Source of the DNA: Candidatus Uhrbacteria bacterium RIFCSPLOWO2_01_FULL_47_17
GTDB lineage: Bacteria > Patescibacteriota > Patescibacteriia > UBA9934 > GWF2-40-263
DNA: 64,000 bases
Assembly (NCBI GenBank): GCA_001791305.1
Contig: MGEI01000004.1
Location: 129,804 to 193,803 of the forward strand
Direction of reading: 5' to 3'
Position 1 is the stretch's first letter; each line of letters begins with the position of its first letter. Of this stretch, positions 31,329-40,790 are shown in pieces. The notes below the pieces were generated by a model. That model was not told the origin of the DNA. It was given only the letters and a program-made list of their open reading frames with translations, and did no database searches. The translations under genes were made by a program, and so were the position numbers.

Positions 31329-31715
31329 TTATCCCCATAATCCTTTTTTTGGTTCGTCTTTCTTTCCATGGGTACCCACAAGGGGCACCCCTACATTCGT
31401 ATTCAACTCCGTCATCTTCCAGTGATTCACCCAGGCCACAATATATTTCATTTCTTGCTCCACAAGCGGACCTTCATATTCGCCTCCGTGCGCGTGTGTC
31501 CCTTCATAACTTCCCGCTTTTTGATCTAAGTGCAGATTCACTTGGAGTCCGCCATCTTTATCTTCCACATACGCGTGATATCGCGGAAAGTCCCCGCCGG
31601 ATACGCGTTTTATAAACGCGGTTTGGCCAGAGAATTTGTTTTGTTCCCCATACCCAAGTTTGCGCAACAAGTTACGCGCATTATCCGTAAGTGGACCCGG
31701 AATAAATGTTTTCAT
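31329..31715 (-). CDS. conserved hypothetical protein
   Basis: 'FPRYHAYV...NLHLDQK..SYEGTHAHGGEYEG'; C-terminus contains a REP copy (31369-31394). Confidence 0.7.
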   Translation of the reverse strand: MKTFIPGPLTDNARNLLRKLGYGEQNKFSGQTAFIKRVSGGDFPRYHAYVEDKDGGLQVNLHLDQKAGSYEGTHAHGGEYEGPLVEQEMKYIVAWVNHWKMTELNTNVGVPLVGTHGKKDEPKKGLWG

Positions 31716-31759
31716 ACAGCCCCAGCGTAGCGCATTTTTCGAAATAAAAAAAGCGACTG

Positions 31760-32332
31760 TTACCAAATAAACGGCACAAGCATTTTTGAACTCTTTTTGT
31801 ATTCAGAATATTCCGCAGGGAACTGAGCGGTCATTAATGCTTCTTCTTTTTGGATACGTAGAAGAAATCCAATGAGATTTAATACAACCGCAATGTAAGC
31901 GGCAAATGTTCCGATTGCGAGGGCTGTTCCAATGGTGGCAAAAAGCCAACCGGTATAAATCGGATGACGGACGAATTGATAGGGTCCCAATGTAATGAGT
32001 TTGTGATCAGCTTTGAGGGTGATGACTGCACCTGACCAATTTTTGCCGAGGAATACACGCGCCCAGATCGCGAATGCGACCCCTGCAATGGTGAGGAGGA
32101 CGCCGATCGCGCCGAACCACACAGTTTGGCTTGTGGCTGGATACGCGAGAAGACCTTTGAAAAATGGGTTGAACAAAAAATAATAGGAGCTGAATAAGAG
32201 CGTATTTGCAATAAGTTGCAAATACGGATTTGGAAGTTTGGTTGTTTTTTTATTTCTGAAAAAACCAAAAAACCAAACAGTCAGCAGAACGATCCATAAT
32301 AATTCAGAAATGGTGACAAAAATGGTTTGCAT
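31760..32332 (-). CDS. isoprenylcysteine carboxyl methyltransferase family protein
   Basis: LGKNWS, HKLITLGPYQFVRHPIYTG, RIQKEE. Confidence 0.88.
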   Translation of the reverse strand: MQTIFVTISELLWIVLLTVWFFGFFRNKKTTKLPNPYLQLIANTLLFSSYYFLFNPFFKGLLAYPATSQTVWFGAIGVLLTIAGVAFAIWARVFLGKNWSGAVITLKADHKLITLGPYQFVRHPIYTGWLFATIGTALAIGTFAAYIAVVLNLIGFLLRIQKEEALMTAQFPAEYSEYKKSSKMLVPFIW

Positions 32333-32406
32333 ACGACACATAGCGTAACGTATTTCTCAGAAAGAAAAAAGCGACCTTATTGAGGTCGCGAAGGGAAGGG
32401 GGTGTC

Positions 32407-32763
32407 CTACAAAAGCGCGAGGGCTTCGAAAATTCTGTCCGGAAGATTGCGGCGTTCTGCAAAGACTGTGCAACCTGCCTGAATCATTTGCAATTGACGC
32501 GGATAATCCGGCGCAATGCCGATGATTGGTTTTCTGAACGTTTGGCGAATCCGCTGAATGAACGGAACGGCGTTGAGACTTTTTCCATCTTGGAATGATT
32601 CGACCGCGATGAGGGCAAACGTGGGTTTTTCATCAAGAGCGATTTGAGCGTCCTCAAGGGACAAGGCGCTTTCCACATGAAAGCGATTACCCATTTCTAC
32701 TTTCCACGTCTCGTGCAACGAAAGATCACTATCCACGATCAAAATTCGACGCTTACGTGGCAT
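32407..32763 (-). CDS. atypical receiver-domain protein
   Basis: RILIVDSD...; GAGGAG SD; TTGACA promoter at 32812-32817 (minus). Confidence 0.6.
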   Translation of the reverse strand: MPRKRRILIVDSDLSLHETWKVEMGNRFHVESALSLEDAQIALDEKPTFALIAVESFQDGKSLNAVPFIQRIRQTFRKPIIGIAPDYPRQLQMIQAGCTVFAERRNLPDRIFEALALL

Positions 32764-32827
32764 GTTCTTCTCCTCAGAAATGCGCCTGCACTTTAGCAAA
32801 AATTGAGGATTTGTCAAGAGAATCCCC

Positions 32828-34243
32828 TCAGGATTCAATGGACTCATTTGTATCTGGTTCGTACATGTTGAGTGGTACAGAACCTTGTGACCATGCCTCC
32901 ACAATAGGATCAATGAAGCGCCACATTGCCTTGAGTTCTGTCGTATTTACAAAGAGTGTTTGGTCGCCGCGTACGGCATCAAGAAGAACTTGCGCATACT
33001 CCTCAACGTACTGTGCTATGGAATCTTTTGGGCGCAGCAAGAAGTCGAGTGTGCGAGATTCCATTTCCATTGTAGCTCCAGGTTTTTTTGCAACGAATTC
33101 GATCTTGATCGCTTCATCTGGCTGCATGGAAATGAGAATGCGGTTTTTTGAATGTCCGTCCGTGGGACACAAACAAGGGGCTGGGTGTTTGAGTGTGATG
33201 ATGATTTGTTTTTTAAGATTGCCAATGCGTTTTCCCGCGTCGAGAATGAATGGAACGCCACGCCAGCGAGGCATATCGATTTCCGCTTCGATGCGAAAGT
33301 ACGTTTCAGTCTGTGAATTTGGACCGACTCCCACGATTTCTTGATATCCATTGTATTGAGCACGATAGGTGTTCGATGCGATTTCGATAGGCGATAATGG
33401 CTTCAAATGTGTGAGTACATCCGCGCGAGCATCTCGAACCGCATCCGGATCTAGACTCGAAGGTTTTTCCATGGCAATGAGCGCGAGGAGTTGAAGTAAG
33501 TGATTTTGCCCAACATCGCGAAGGGTGCCGACGGAATCATAAAACGCGCCGCGTTTCTCGACACCGAGCGTCTCGTGCAAATGAATTTGAACGGATTCGA
33601 TTCCTTGCGCATTCCAAACGGGTTCAAAGATGTCGTTTCGAAATCGAAACGCAAGAATATTTCGAACCATTTCTTTTGCAAGATAATGCTCGATGCGGTA
33701 GATCTGCTCTTCTTTGAATAACTGCGCGAGCTGCTCGTCAATCGCTTCTGCAGTCGCTTGATTTGTCCCGATCGGTTTTTCGACAAGCACTCGTGTCCAT
33801 GAACCCTCTTCACCACAAGATTCTGTGAGTCGAGAAACAGAGAGACTGTTCAAGATTGGATTGTAGAGAGAGGGTGGAACCGCGAGGTAAAAGAGTTTAT
33901 TCGCGCACGTTTTCCACTCGCCGTCGATAAACCCAAGTTTTTCCCCGAGTGGTGTGTAGTCCTCTGGACGGTCGAGCTCGGCGCGTGTGTAGGAGAAGAG
34001 GTTGAGGAAGGTTTGAACTTGTGTTGCCTCGAGGCTGGGCGAGACGTGTTTTTCGAGCATCTCCCGAACATACGTTCGAAAGACATCTGTTGTTTGTTCA
34101 CGACGCGAGAAGCCGATCACGCAAAACATGGCCGGAAGTTGGTTGGATCGGAACAAATGATACAAAGAGGGAATCACTTTGCGGGCGACGACATCACCGG
34201 TTGCGCCGAAAATAACGAGAATCGTTGGACGAGAGGTTTGCAT
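32828..34243 (-). CDS. zwf: glucose-6-phosphate 1-dehydrogenase
   Basis: IFGATGD, FYLAVPP, VEKPIG, YRIEHYLAKE, RDVGQNHLLQ, RWRGVPF. Confidence 0.93.
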   Translation of the reverse strand: MQTSRPTILVIFGATGDVVARKVIPSLYHLFRSNQLPAMFCVIGFSRREQTTDVFRTYVREMLEKHVSPSLEATQVQTFLNLFSYTRAELDRPEDYTPLGEKLGFIDGEWKTCANKLFYLAVPPSLYNPILNSLSVSRLTESCGEEGSWTRVLVEKPIGTNQATAEAIDEQLAQLFKEEQIYRIEHYLAKEMVRNILAFRFRNDIFEPVWNAQGIESVQIHLHETLGVEKRGAFYDSVGTLRDVGQNHLLQLLALIAMEKPSSLDPDAVRDARADVLTHLKPLSPIEIASNTYRAQYNGYQEIVGVGPNSQTETYFRIEAEIDMPRWRGVPFILDAGKRIGNLKKQIIITLKHPAPCLCPTDGHSKNRILISMQPDEAIKIEFVAKKPGATMEMESRTLDFLLRPKDSIAQYVEEYAQVLLDAVRGDQTLFVNTTELKAMWRFIDPIVEAWSQGSVPLNMYEPDTNESIES

Positions 34244-34325
34244 AGGAATATATTCAAAAACAGTTTAGCACACAATGTTCCATTGTCAGTTTTCGGCGAA
34301 TCCTGTATATTTTCGCCAGCCTCAT

Positions 34326-34414
34326 GGAGAGGTCGCATAGTTGGTCTAGTGCGCGGTCCTGGAAAGACCGTGTACCGAAAGGTACCGGAGGTTCGAATCC
34401 TCTCCTCTCCGCCA
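34326..34414 (+). tRNA. tRNA-Ser(GGA)
   Basis: GGAGAGG/CCTCTCC acceptor, CGGTC-CTGGAAA-GACCG, long variable arm GTACC-GAAA-GGTAC, CCA. Confidence 0.96.
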
Positions 34415-34551
34415 GACAAAAATACCGAATATTTACGTTCGGTATTTTTGTTTGGCGGAGCCAATTGACTTTTTTCAAAAATTGTTTATACCTGAGCGGA
34501 ATCCTGACAAGGAGTTTGGGTTCGAGTGTCCGTCACTCATGGGAGGATCAC

Positions 34552-35016
34552 ATGTTTCGTCGTGCACTTCGTCGTCTGAAAATGGTTTTTCTTGTGGTGC
34601 CCGAGGATGCCGAGGTGCGTGCGGAAACGTCCGTCGGTTCAAACGCGTTCCAAATCAATGTTGAGTCCACCGAATGGCAGGCACTCTACAAGAATCGTCA
34701 GGAAGGCTCGCATCCCATCGTCGTCATTCGACACAACGGCATTCAATCTTGGCTTCCTCGTTGGGGCGGCGTCTTGCACCATTCATTTGTTGAAAGGCCT
34801 ATCTTTGCCGGCGCTCGTGTCCAATCGTTTTGGAACGTAGGCGCCGTTGAAAAGGTTTCCGCGAACACATATCGCGTGACAGCCTCCAAGGCTTGGGAAG
34901 CGTTTGTCCTTGCCAGCATCAGTGAAATCTTGTCGAGCATGATTGCTTTCTTGGTTTTTGAGGCTCACTTCTACACTTGGTCCCGCTCCTGGAACCGTAG
35001 TCTTCATCATATCTAA
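34552..35016 (+). CDS. hypothetical protein
   Basis: GGGAGG SD and TTGACT promoter upstream; no family recognised. Confidence 0.6.
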   Translation: MFRRALRRLKMVFLVVPEDAEVRAETSVGSNAFQINVESTEWQALYKNRQEGSHPIVVIRHNGIQSWLPRWGGVLHHSFVERPIFAGARVQSFWNVGAVEKVSANTYRVTASKAWEAFVLASISEILSSMIAFLVFEAHFYTWSRSWNRSLHHI

Positions 35017-35097
35017 CAGATCCTGTGCGGTCTGTTTTTTTGTTTGCTGGATTGTTTTAAATCTGATAGCCTTCTTTTAATGATAAACACTTCTATT

Positions 35098-35355
35098 ATG
35101 TTAAAAACAAAACAAAAAATCGCGAAACGATCTTCGGAAGCACTCATCACAATCCCGCTTTCAGCGGTGCGATTTATTTCTGGGTATCCAAAAGAGAAAA
35201 AGATTCTCTGTGAAATTACCACAAAAGAATTAAAGAGACTTAATAAACCACAAACATTTGATGAAATGCTTAATGAAGCACGGTTAGATTATGCTCTCGG
35301 TAATTATAAAACAGTTACAAATGCAAAGGACTTGATTACCAGCTTACGTGCGTAA
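35098..35355 (+). CDS. putative antitoxin
   Basis: Small ORF before a RelE-like gene; C-terminus 'EARLDYALGNYKTVTNAKDLITSL' is antitoxin-like. Confidence 0.65.
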   Translation: MLKTKQKIAKRSSEALITIPLSAVRFISGYPKEKKILCEITTKELKRLNKPQTFDEMLNEARLDYALGNYKTVTNAKDLITSLRA

Positions 35356-35361
35356 GCCGGT

Positions 35362-35625
35362 ATGTTCATTAATTTTTCACCGCGGTTTACACGTTCGTAT
35401 AAGAAATTGCCGGAACATCTCAAAAAAGATTTCGATAAGAAAATAGAAATTTTTATTAAGCAACCAAGTCATCCGTCGCTTCATGTTCATAAATTAAAAG
35501 GATCGCTTGAGTCTTGTCATGCATTTTCATTAAAAGATGGGTATCGTGTGTTATTTGAGATTCCAGCACCGCAGACAATCAATTTATTGCAGGTTGGTCC
35601 TCATAAAATTTACAAAGAATATTAA
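35362..35625 (+). CDS. RelE/ParE superfamily toxin
   Basis: 'FSPRFTRSYKKL...PSHPSLHVHKLKG...GYRVLF...VGPH.IY'. Confidence 0.85.
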   Translation: MFINFSPRFTRSYKKLPEHLKKDFDKKIEIFIKQPSHPSLHVHKLKGSLESCHAFSLKDGYRVLFEIPAPQTINLLQVGPHKIYKEY

Positions 35626-35685
35626 TTCGACCCATCCCGGGTCGTTTTGCTTTTAGGGGGAAAATCCGATAAGCTTCACTTAATT

Positions 35686-37461
35686 ATGGATCCAAAAGAC
35701 GAAATCAAGGCAAAGCTCGATATCGTCGCCGTGATTGGTGAATATTTGGAATTGAAGCCCGCTGGTATGCATGGGTTTCGTGCTTTGTGTCCGTTTCATG
35801 CCGAGAAGTCCGCTTCGTTTCATGTGTCGTCTGATCGCCAGATCTTTCACTGCTTTGGTTGTGGCGAAGGCGGCGATATTTTTACGTTTGTGCAGAAAAT
35901 GGAAGGAATGGATTTTCCCGAAGTGCTCATGCATCTCGGACAAAAGGCAGGAGTTGAGATTAAACGTTTCTCGACGACCGAGGGAAATACAAAGCAACGC
36001 TTGATGGGTATTCACGAACTTGCCACTTCGTTTTATAAAAAGGTTTTGTCGAGCTCGAGTGGTTCACACGTTGCGCGTGAGTATCTTGCAAATCGTGGAA
36101 TCACGTCCGAGCTCATTGATCGATTCGAAATTGGATTTGCCCCAGATGATTGGAGCATGCTTTCGGACGCACTCTTGAAACGCGGCTTCTCGGAAGCAGA
36201 ACTTGTACAGGCCGGACTCTCAATCAAGAAAAAGTCGGGAATCGGAGTCCTCGACCGATTTCGCGCGCGCATTATGATTCCGCTTCGTGATCAACATGGC
36301 AATACGGTTGGATTTACGGGACGCCAATTACCGGGTGCCGACTCGAACATGGGGAAGTATGTCAATTCGCCAGAGACGCTAATCTATCATAAAGGTCGAC
36401 TCGTCTACGGACTCGATCTTGCAAAGCGCGCCATCAAAGATCACAAGTGTCTCATCATTATGGAAGGGAATTTGGATGTCGTCGCCTCGAATAAAATTGG
36501 TGTTCAACATGTTGTCGCAAGTTCTGGAACTGCGCTTACACAAGAACAACTTGAACTTATCAAACGATACACTGATACGGTCGTCTTTTGTTTTGATCGT
36601 GACGCAGCTGGACTCACCGCTGCAAAGAAAGGTGTGACCATTGCGCGTTCACTTAGCTTTGATGTTCGCGCGATCTCACTTCCAACGGATGTAAAAGATC
36701 CCGATGATCTTGTTCAAAAGAATCCAGAGGTTTGGAAAAAGCTTTCGAATGAATCGATCCCATTCATGCAGTATTTATTTGATCGAACCTTGTTTTCTCG
36801 AGACATCTCGAATGTGGATCACAAGCGACTCATCTCGCAAGAACTTCTTCCCGCCATTAGTGAAATTTCAGATGTCGTTGAGCGAGAACATTGGCTTGCA
36901 AAGCTCGCTTCACTTTTGAATATTGATCTTGCGATTCTTCGAACGGCCATCCATCCAAAATTGGAAAAGTCCGTTATTAAAACGAACACAAATAGTGTTC
37001 ATCCAATTAAGCTTGGAAAAAAAGATCAGGTGCTTCTTGTGCTTATTGGTTCCATTTTGAATGATGAGCTCAATCGAGACTATGTTCGAAAACAGCTCGA
37101 GTTGACGGTCATCGACCATGAACAGATCGCGAACCTTTACAAATTCTTAGAAGAGACATACACTTCAGACATTGAGACAGCAAAAACAAAGTCCTTTTTT
37201 GCAAAAGCTCGAAATCTTCTCCAAAGCGATCCATCGAAGGAAACCCTTCTTTCCTTGCTTGATCAATCAAGCCTGATTGCAGAACAACAGTTCGAGAATC
37301 TTTCGCCCGCTTCTTGTCTCACACAATTGAATACGCTTTTCGAGACCCTGCACGCAACCGATCGTCAATCAAAACGATCCATCCTCGCACAAAAACTTCG
37401 CCAAGCAGAAGACGCCGGCGATGTTGAGGCTGTGAACAAATTATTGTCGGAGCTTAATTAG
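35686..37461 (+). CDS. dnaG: DNA primase
   Basis: CPFHAEKSASF...FHCFGCG, GFTGR, KYVNSPET, EGNLDV, FDRDAAG, KDPDD. Confidence 0.96.
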   Translation: MDPKDEIKAKLDIVAVIGEYLELKPAGMHGFRALCPFHAEKSASFHVSSDRQIFHCFGCGEGGDIFTFVQKMEGMDFPEVLMHLGQKAGVEIKRFSTTEGNTKQRLMGIHELATSFYKKVLSSSSGSHVAREYLANRGITSELIDRFEIGFAPDDWSMLSDALLKRGFSEAELVQAGLSIKKKSGIGVLDRFRARIMIPLRDQHGNTVGFTGRQLPGADSNMGKYVNSPETLIYHKGRLVYGLDLAKRAIKDHKCLIIMEGNLDVVASNKIGVQHVVASSGTALTQEQLELIKRYTDTVVFCFDRDAAGLTAAKKGVTIARSLSFDVRAISLPTDVKDPDDLVQKNPEVWKKLSNESIPFMQYLFDRTLFSRDISNVDHKRLISQELLPAISEISDVVEREHWLAKLASLLNIDLAILRTAIHPKLEKSVIKTNTNSVHPIKLGKKDQVLLVLIGSILNDELNRDYVRKQLELTVIDHEQIANLYKFLEETYTSDIETAKTKSFFAKARNLLQSDPSKETLLSLLDQSSLIAEQQFENLSPASCLTQLNTLFETLHATDRQSKRSILAQKLRQAEDAGDVEAVNKLLSELN

Positions 37462-37506
37462 ACTTCTCTGCACGCCAGCAACGGCAGAGAGGCGAATTTT
37501 TTTCGT

Positions 37507-38802
37507 ATGGCACAGAAACCAGCCAAGAAGATTGTGAAGAAGTCTGTTGTGTCTAAAGGGAAACCTGCACCAAAAAAAATGGTGAAGCACCAAAAGCCTC
37601 AACAAAAACCACAACATAAGTCACAGAAACCACAGCCAAAACAAAAGCATCAACAACACAAACCCCAACAAAAACATGTTGTGGTGCCCAAGGTGCGCTA
37701 CGTAAAATCTAGTCCTCCAACGGAAGAGGTTTTAGATCGATTGCTCGAAAAAGGCAAGCAACGTGGATACCTTACAGAAAATGAAATCTTGTTCACGTTT
37801 ACAGAAGTTGAAGATTACGTTGAAACGTTTGAAGACTTTTTGGATAGCATCGAGCGCGTTGGTGTTCATTTTGTTGAATTAAAAGAAGGAATTTTAGGTC
37901 GTGAAAAAGAACGCGGGGAAGTGTATGACAAGATTCGCGTGACACACGAAAAACAAAAGGGGGCGAGTGTTCCCGAGCTTACACAAGACTCGATTCAGAT
38001 GTACTTGCGAGAAATCGGAAAGATTCCGCTTTTGAATGGAGAACAAGAAGTCGCGCTCGCAAAACGTAAAGAGCGTGGAGAAAAAGAGGCGGAACGACGT
38101 ATTATCGAAGCGAACTTGCGTCTCGTGGTTTCTATCGCAAAAAAGTTCGTAGGAAAACAGATGTCACTTCTTGATCTCATTCAAGAAGGGAACATTGGAT
38201 TATTCCGTGCGGTGAAAAAATTTGAATATCGCAAAGGATACAAGTTTTCTACCTACGCAACATGGTGGATTCGTCAGGCGATCACTCGTGCGCTCGCCGA
38301 CCAATCGCGAACCATTCGTATTCCAGTTCACATGGTGGAAACCATTAACCGTTTTACACAAATTGAACGTCAGTTGATTCAAGATTTGGGACGTGAACCG
38401 TTGCCAGAAGAAATTGCCGCGGAAATGGGTGAAGACGTTGAAAAGGTTCGCCACATCCGCAAAATCTCACAGGACACCGTTTCTCTCGAAACTTCCGTTG
38501 GAGATGATGACGAAGACTCCAAACTCGAAGATTTTATTGAAGATGTTAAGACGATTTCTCCAGATCGCGCGGCCGCTCGAGAACTTCTTCGAGATTACGT
38601 GCAGGCAGCGATGGAGGGTCTTACACCGCGTGAGCAAAAGATTCTTGAAATGCGCTTTGGACTTGTGGATGGTGTCAGCCATACTCTCGAGGAAGTTGGA
38701 CGCGAGTTCGATGTTACACGTGAACGTATTCGTCAGATTGAGGCGAAAGCGCTTGAAAAAATTCAGGCAAACTCACTTATTGAAAAACTCAGAGATTATT
38801 AG
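37507..38802 (+). CDS. rpoD: primary RNA polymerase sigma factor
   Basis: [58 protein letters not shown]. Confidence 0.96.
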   Translation: MAQKPAKKIVKKSVVSKGKPAPKKMVKHQKPQQKPQHKSQKPQPKQKHQQHKPQQKHVVVPKVRYVKSSPPTEEVLDRLLEKGKQRGYLTENEILFTFTEVEDYVETFEDFLDSIERVGVHFVELKEGILGREKERGEVYDKIRVTHEKQKGASVPELTQDSIQMYLREIGKIPLLNGEQEVALAKRKERGEKEAERRIIEANLRLVVSIAKKFVGKQMSLLDLIQEGNIGLFRAVKKFEYRKGYKFSTYATWWIRQAITRALADQSRTIRIPVHMVETINRFTQIERQLIQDLGREPLPEEIAAEMGEDVEKVRHIRKISQDTVSLETSVGDDDEDSKLEDFIEDVKTISPDRAAARELLRDYVQAAMEGLTPREQKILEMRFGLVDGVSHTLEEVGREFDVTRERIRQIEAKALEKIQANSLIEKLRDY

Positions 38803-38896
38803 AAAAATGGGGGCTTTATGCCTCTATTTTTTTATGATTTATTGCATGTGCAACGATTGTGCCTTTGATGCGATACACCTTTGTAATCCAATGCAC

Positions 38897-38920
38897 GGGC
38901 GGGTCACGACCCGCCCCTAC
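38897..38920 (-). repeat. GTAG-type REP element
   Basis: Reverse complement GTAGGGGCGGGTCGTGACCCGCCC; near-identical copy at 62898-62921, related copy at 40213-40236. Confidence 0.75.
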
Positions 38921-38926
38921 AACATT

Positions 38927-39541
38927 ATGGAAAACGAATCAGAACTGCTTGAACAGGCAAAAACAGATCCACTTGCGTTTGGCACGCTGTATGATTTTTA
39001 TTACAAGCCCATTTTTGGATTTTTATACAGTCGAACATCTCATGTAGAAACCGCAAAAGATTTAACCAATGAAACATTTTTTCAAGCCTTGAAGAATTTT
39101 CACAAATTTAAGCCTCGCAAGAACGCGTCATTTAAATCTTGGCTGTTTTCCATTGCGGTTGCTCAAATTGGAAATTTTTACCGCCGTCGTTCAAAAATGT
39201 TTGAAGTGACAACAGAAGAAGCTCCGGAATTGGTTGATAAAGATGAATATCGCCCTGACATTGCGTATCAAATGGGACAAGACGCGCAAGTACTCAGAGA
39301 ACAGATTCAGCTTTTGCGCGAAACGATGAAACGTTTAGACCAAAAACAGCAAACCATTTTGTCTCTCCGATTTTTTGCCCACATGAGCGTCCCAGAGATT
39401 GCAAGTGTATTGTCCATGAAAGAGGGAACGGTAAAATCTCACATTCATCGAGCACTCAAAAGATTGCAAACAATGATGTACAAGGAGTCAGAGGCAACAA
39501 AGATAAAAACATATGAACCTATTTTTGAAAGACAATCTTGA
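38927..39541 (+). CDS. ECF-type sigma factor
   Basis: AFGTLYD, AKDLTNETF, FKSWLFSIA, region 4 'EIASVLSMKEGTVKSHIHRALKRL'. Confidence 0.9.
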   Translation: MENESELLEQAKTDPLAFGTLYDFYYKPIFGFLYSRTSHVETAKDLTNETFFQALKNFHKFKPRKNASFKSWLFSIAVAQIGNFYRRRSKMFEVTTEEAPELVDKDEYRPDIAYQMGQDAQVLREQIQLLRETMKRLDQKQQTILSLRFFAHMSVPEIASVLSMKEGTVKSHIHRALKRLQTMMYKESEATKIKTYEPIFERQS

Positions 39542-39920
39542 GGGCTTGATCGAACACGTGCATTCGATCAATGTGCCGGAATGTGAAGAGCATCGTTATG
39601 CATTACGACGGATGCTTTTGAATTCCACGTATTTTGATGAGCACAGAAACGCCGTGCGACGTCGAGCGATGTTATTTGTCCCTGCAGCCGCAAGTATGTT
39701 TGTTGTTGCTGTTCTTTTTGTTGCGTCACAGACACATCCAGGAACACTCACTGAAGATATTGTTGAGCAACCCATTGTTGTTATAAATAAAGTTGAACCT
39801 AGTTTTTTGACAAAAGGTTTGTCGGCCACGTTTATCGATGATCGCCCAATGATTCCTGTTACGTTTCAACCAAACACAATTTTATTCTCAACGGCGACCA
39901 TGGCCATGAAACTTGAATAA
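39513..39920 (+). CDS. putative membrane-bound anti-sigma factor
   Basis: Overlaps the ECF sigma stop; single TM segment. Confidence 0.55.
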   Translation: MNLFLKDNLEGLIEHVHSINVPECEEHRYALRRMLLNSTYFDEHRNAVRRRAMLFVPAAASMFVVAVLFVASQTHPGTLTEDIVEQPIVVINKVEPSFLTKGLSATFIDDRPMIPVTFQPNTILFSTATMAMKLE

Positions 39921-39977
39921 AAAGAAAACACCCCGATGTATTTTCAAGGGGTGTTTTTCATTTCTATAGAAATGAAA

Positions 39978-40191
39978 CTTCAGCGAATGTATTTGGCTGA
40001 TTGCAATCGAGTCGGCGCGATGAAGCGCCGTCCGAGAGTGCGTCGAGGAGTCAGTTCACACCGAGTCTCTCGAAACACTTGTGACATGCCCCTTTTCGGA
40101 GGCACCGCGGGGCTCTCATGTGTTCGATCAAAGATACGACACAGTTCCAAGCCCAAAAGCCAAATTTTGCCCAAATAACATCCGGGTGAAG
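39978..40191 (-). ncRNA. candidate rod-shaped ncRNA (6S-like)
   Basis: TG-n-TATAAT at 40199-40204 (minus); 5' and 3' ends pair over about 18 bp, better on the minus strand (G-U); internal helices and bubbles. Confidence 0.5.
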
Positions 40192-40278
40192 CAAAATCAT
40201 TATAACACGTTTGTAGGAGCGGGTCTTGCACCCGACTTTATTGTATCACCAATCATCAACAAAACCGTCCAGCCAATA

Positions 40279-40307
40279 TTGACAGAATTCAATTTTTATG
40301 ATTTAAT
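40279..40307 (+). promoter_or_regulatory. sigma70-type promoter
   Basis: TTGACA (40279-40284), 17 bp, TTTAAT (40302-40307). Confidence 0.65.
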
Positions 40308-40313
40308 ACTTCC

Positions 40314-40790
40314 CGTTGGTGGGCGACTTTGTGCGAACATTAAGCGGTTGTGCGATTTTGAAACTTCGCCCCCACCTCCACCAGGCGCGGATGTTAGCCG
40401 CGTCGGGCAGGAACGCGAGCGTGAAAACGCTCAACAACACTCCTCCCCTTTGGGATGAGGTGAACTCCGAGTGGATGCGGCGCTGCACCATCGGAGATCC
40501 CCGGATTTGTCAGCCAAGCGCATGCAAGGCTGAACTTCCGGGTCGAACGCGAGCTGAAAAGCTCACAACCAAGCAAGCCGGCTTACCCAATGGGGGTCGT
40601 GCATTGCCGGGGATGGCGTGAGTCATTCCTGTGTACCAAGCAATCACTGCGTTAGCGGGAACCGCTTGGCTCTCGGCCGATGTTGCCCCTTGCGCAACTC
40701 GGTCGAGATGAACGCGAGCGTGAAAACGCTCAAATATACCCTCCCACGCCAGGGAGGTACTTCCCGACTCGATCCTCACCCGATCGAGTT
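40314..40790 (+). ncRNA. candidate multi-module ncRNA with three repeated GAAA-hairpin motifs
   Basis: Motif at 40411-40434, 40545-40565 and 40710-40733; terminal hairpin ACTCGATC-CTCACCC-GATCGAGT plus T tract; no convincing ORF. Confidence 0.65.

Noticed and set aside
37507-37700. K/Q/H/P-rich N-terminal tail of RpoD
   Set aside because: Low-complexity basic extensions are common on primary sigma factors.
38393-38926. Apparent long N-terminal extension of the ECF sigma factor overlapping rpoD
   Set aside because: Alternative frame of rpoD plus intergenic/REP sequence; sigma similarity begins at ATG 38927.
40411-40733. CRISPR array interpretation of the three 24-nt repeats
   Set aside because: Intervals are about 110-145 nt, unequal and strongly self-paired, and there are no cas genes in the window.
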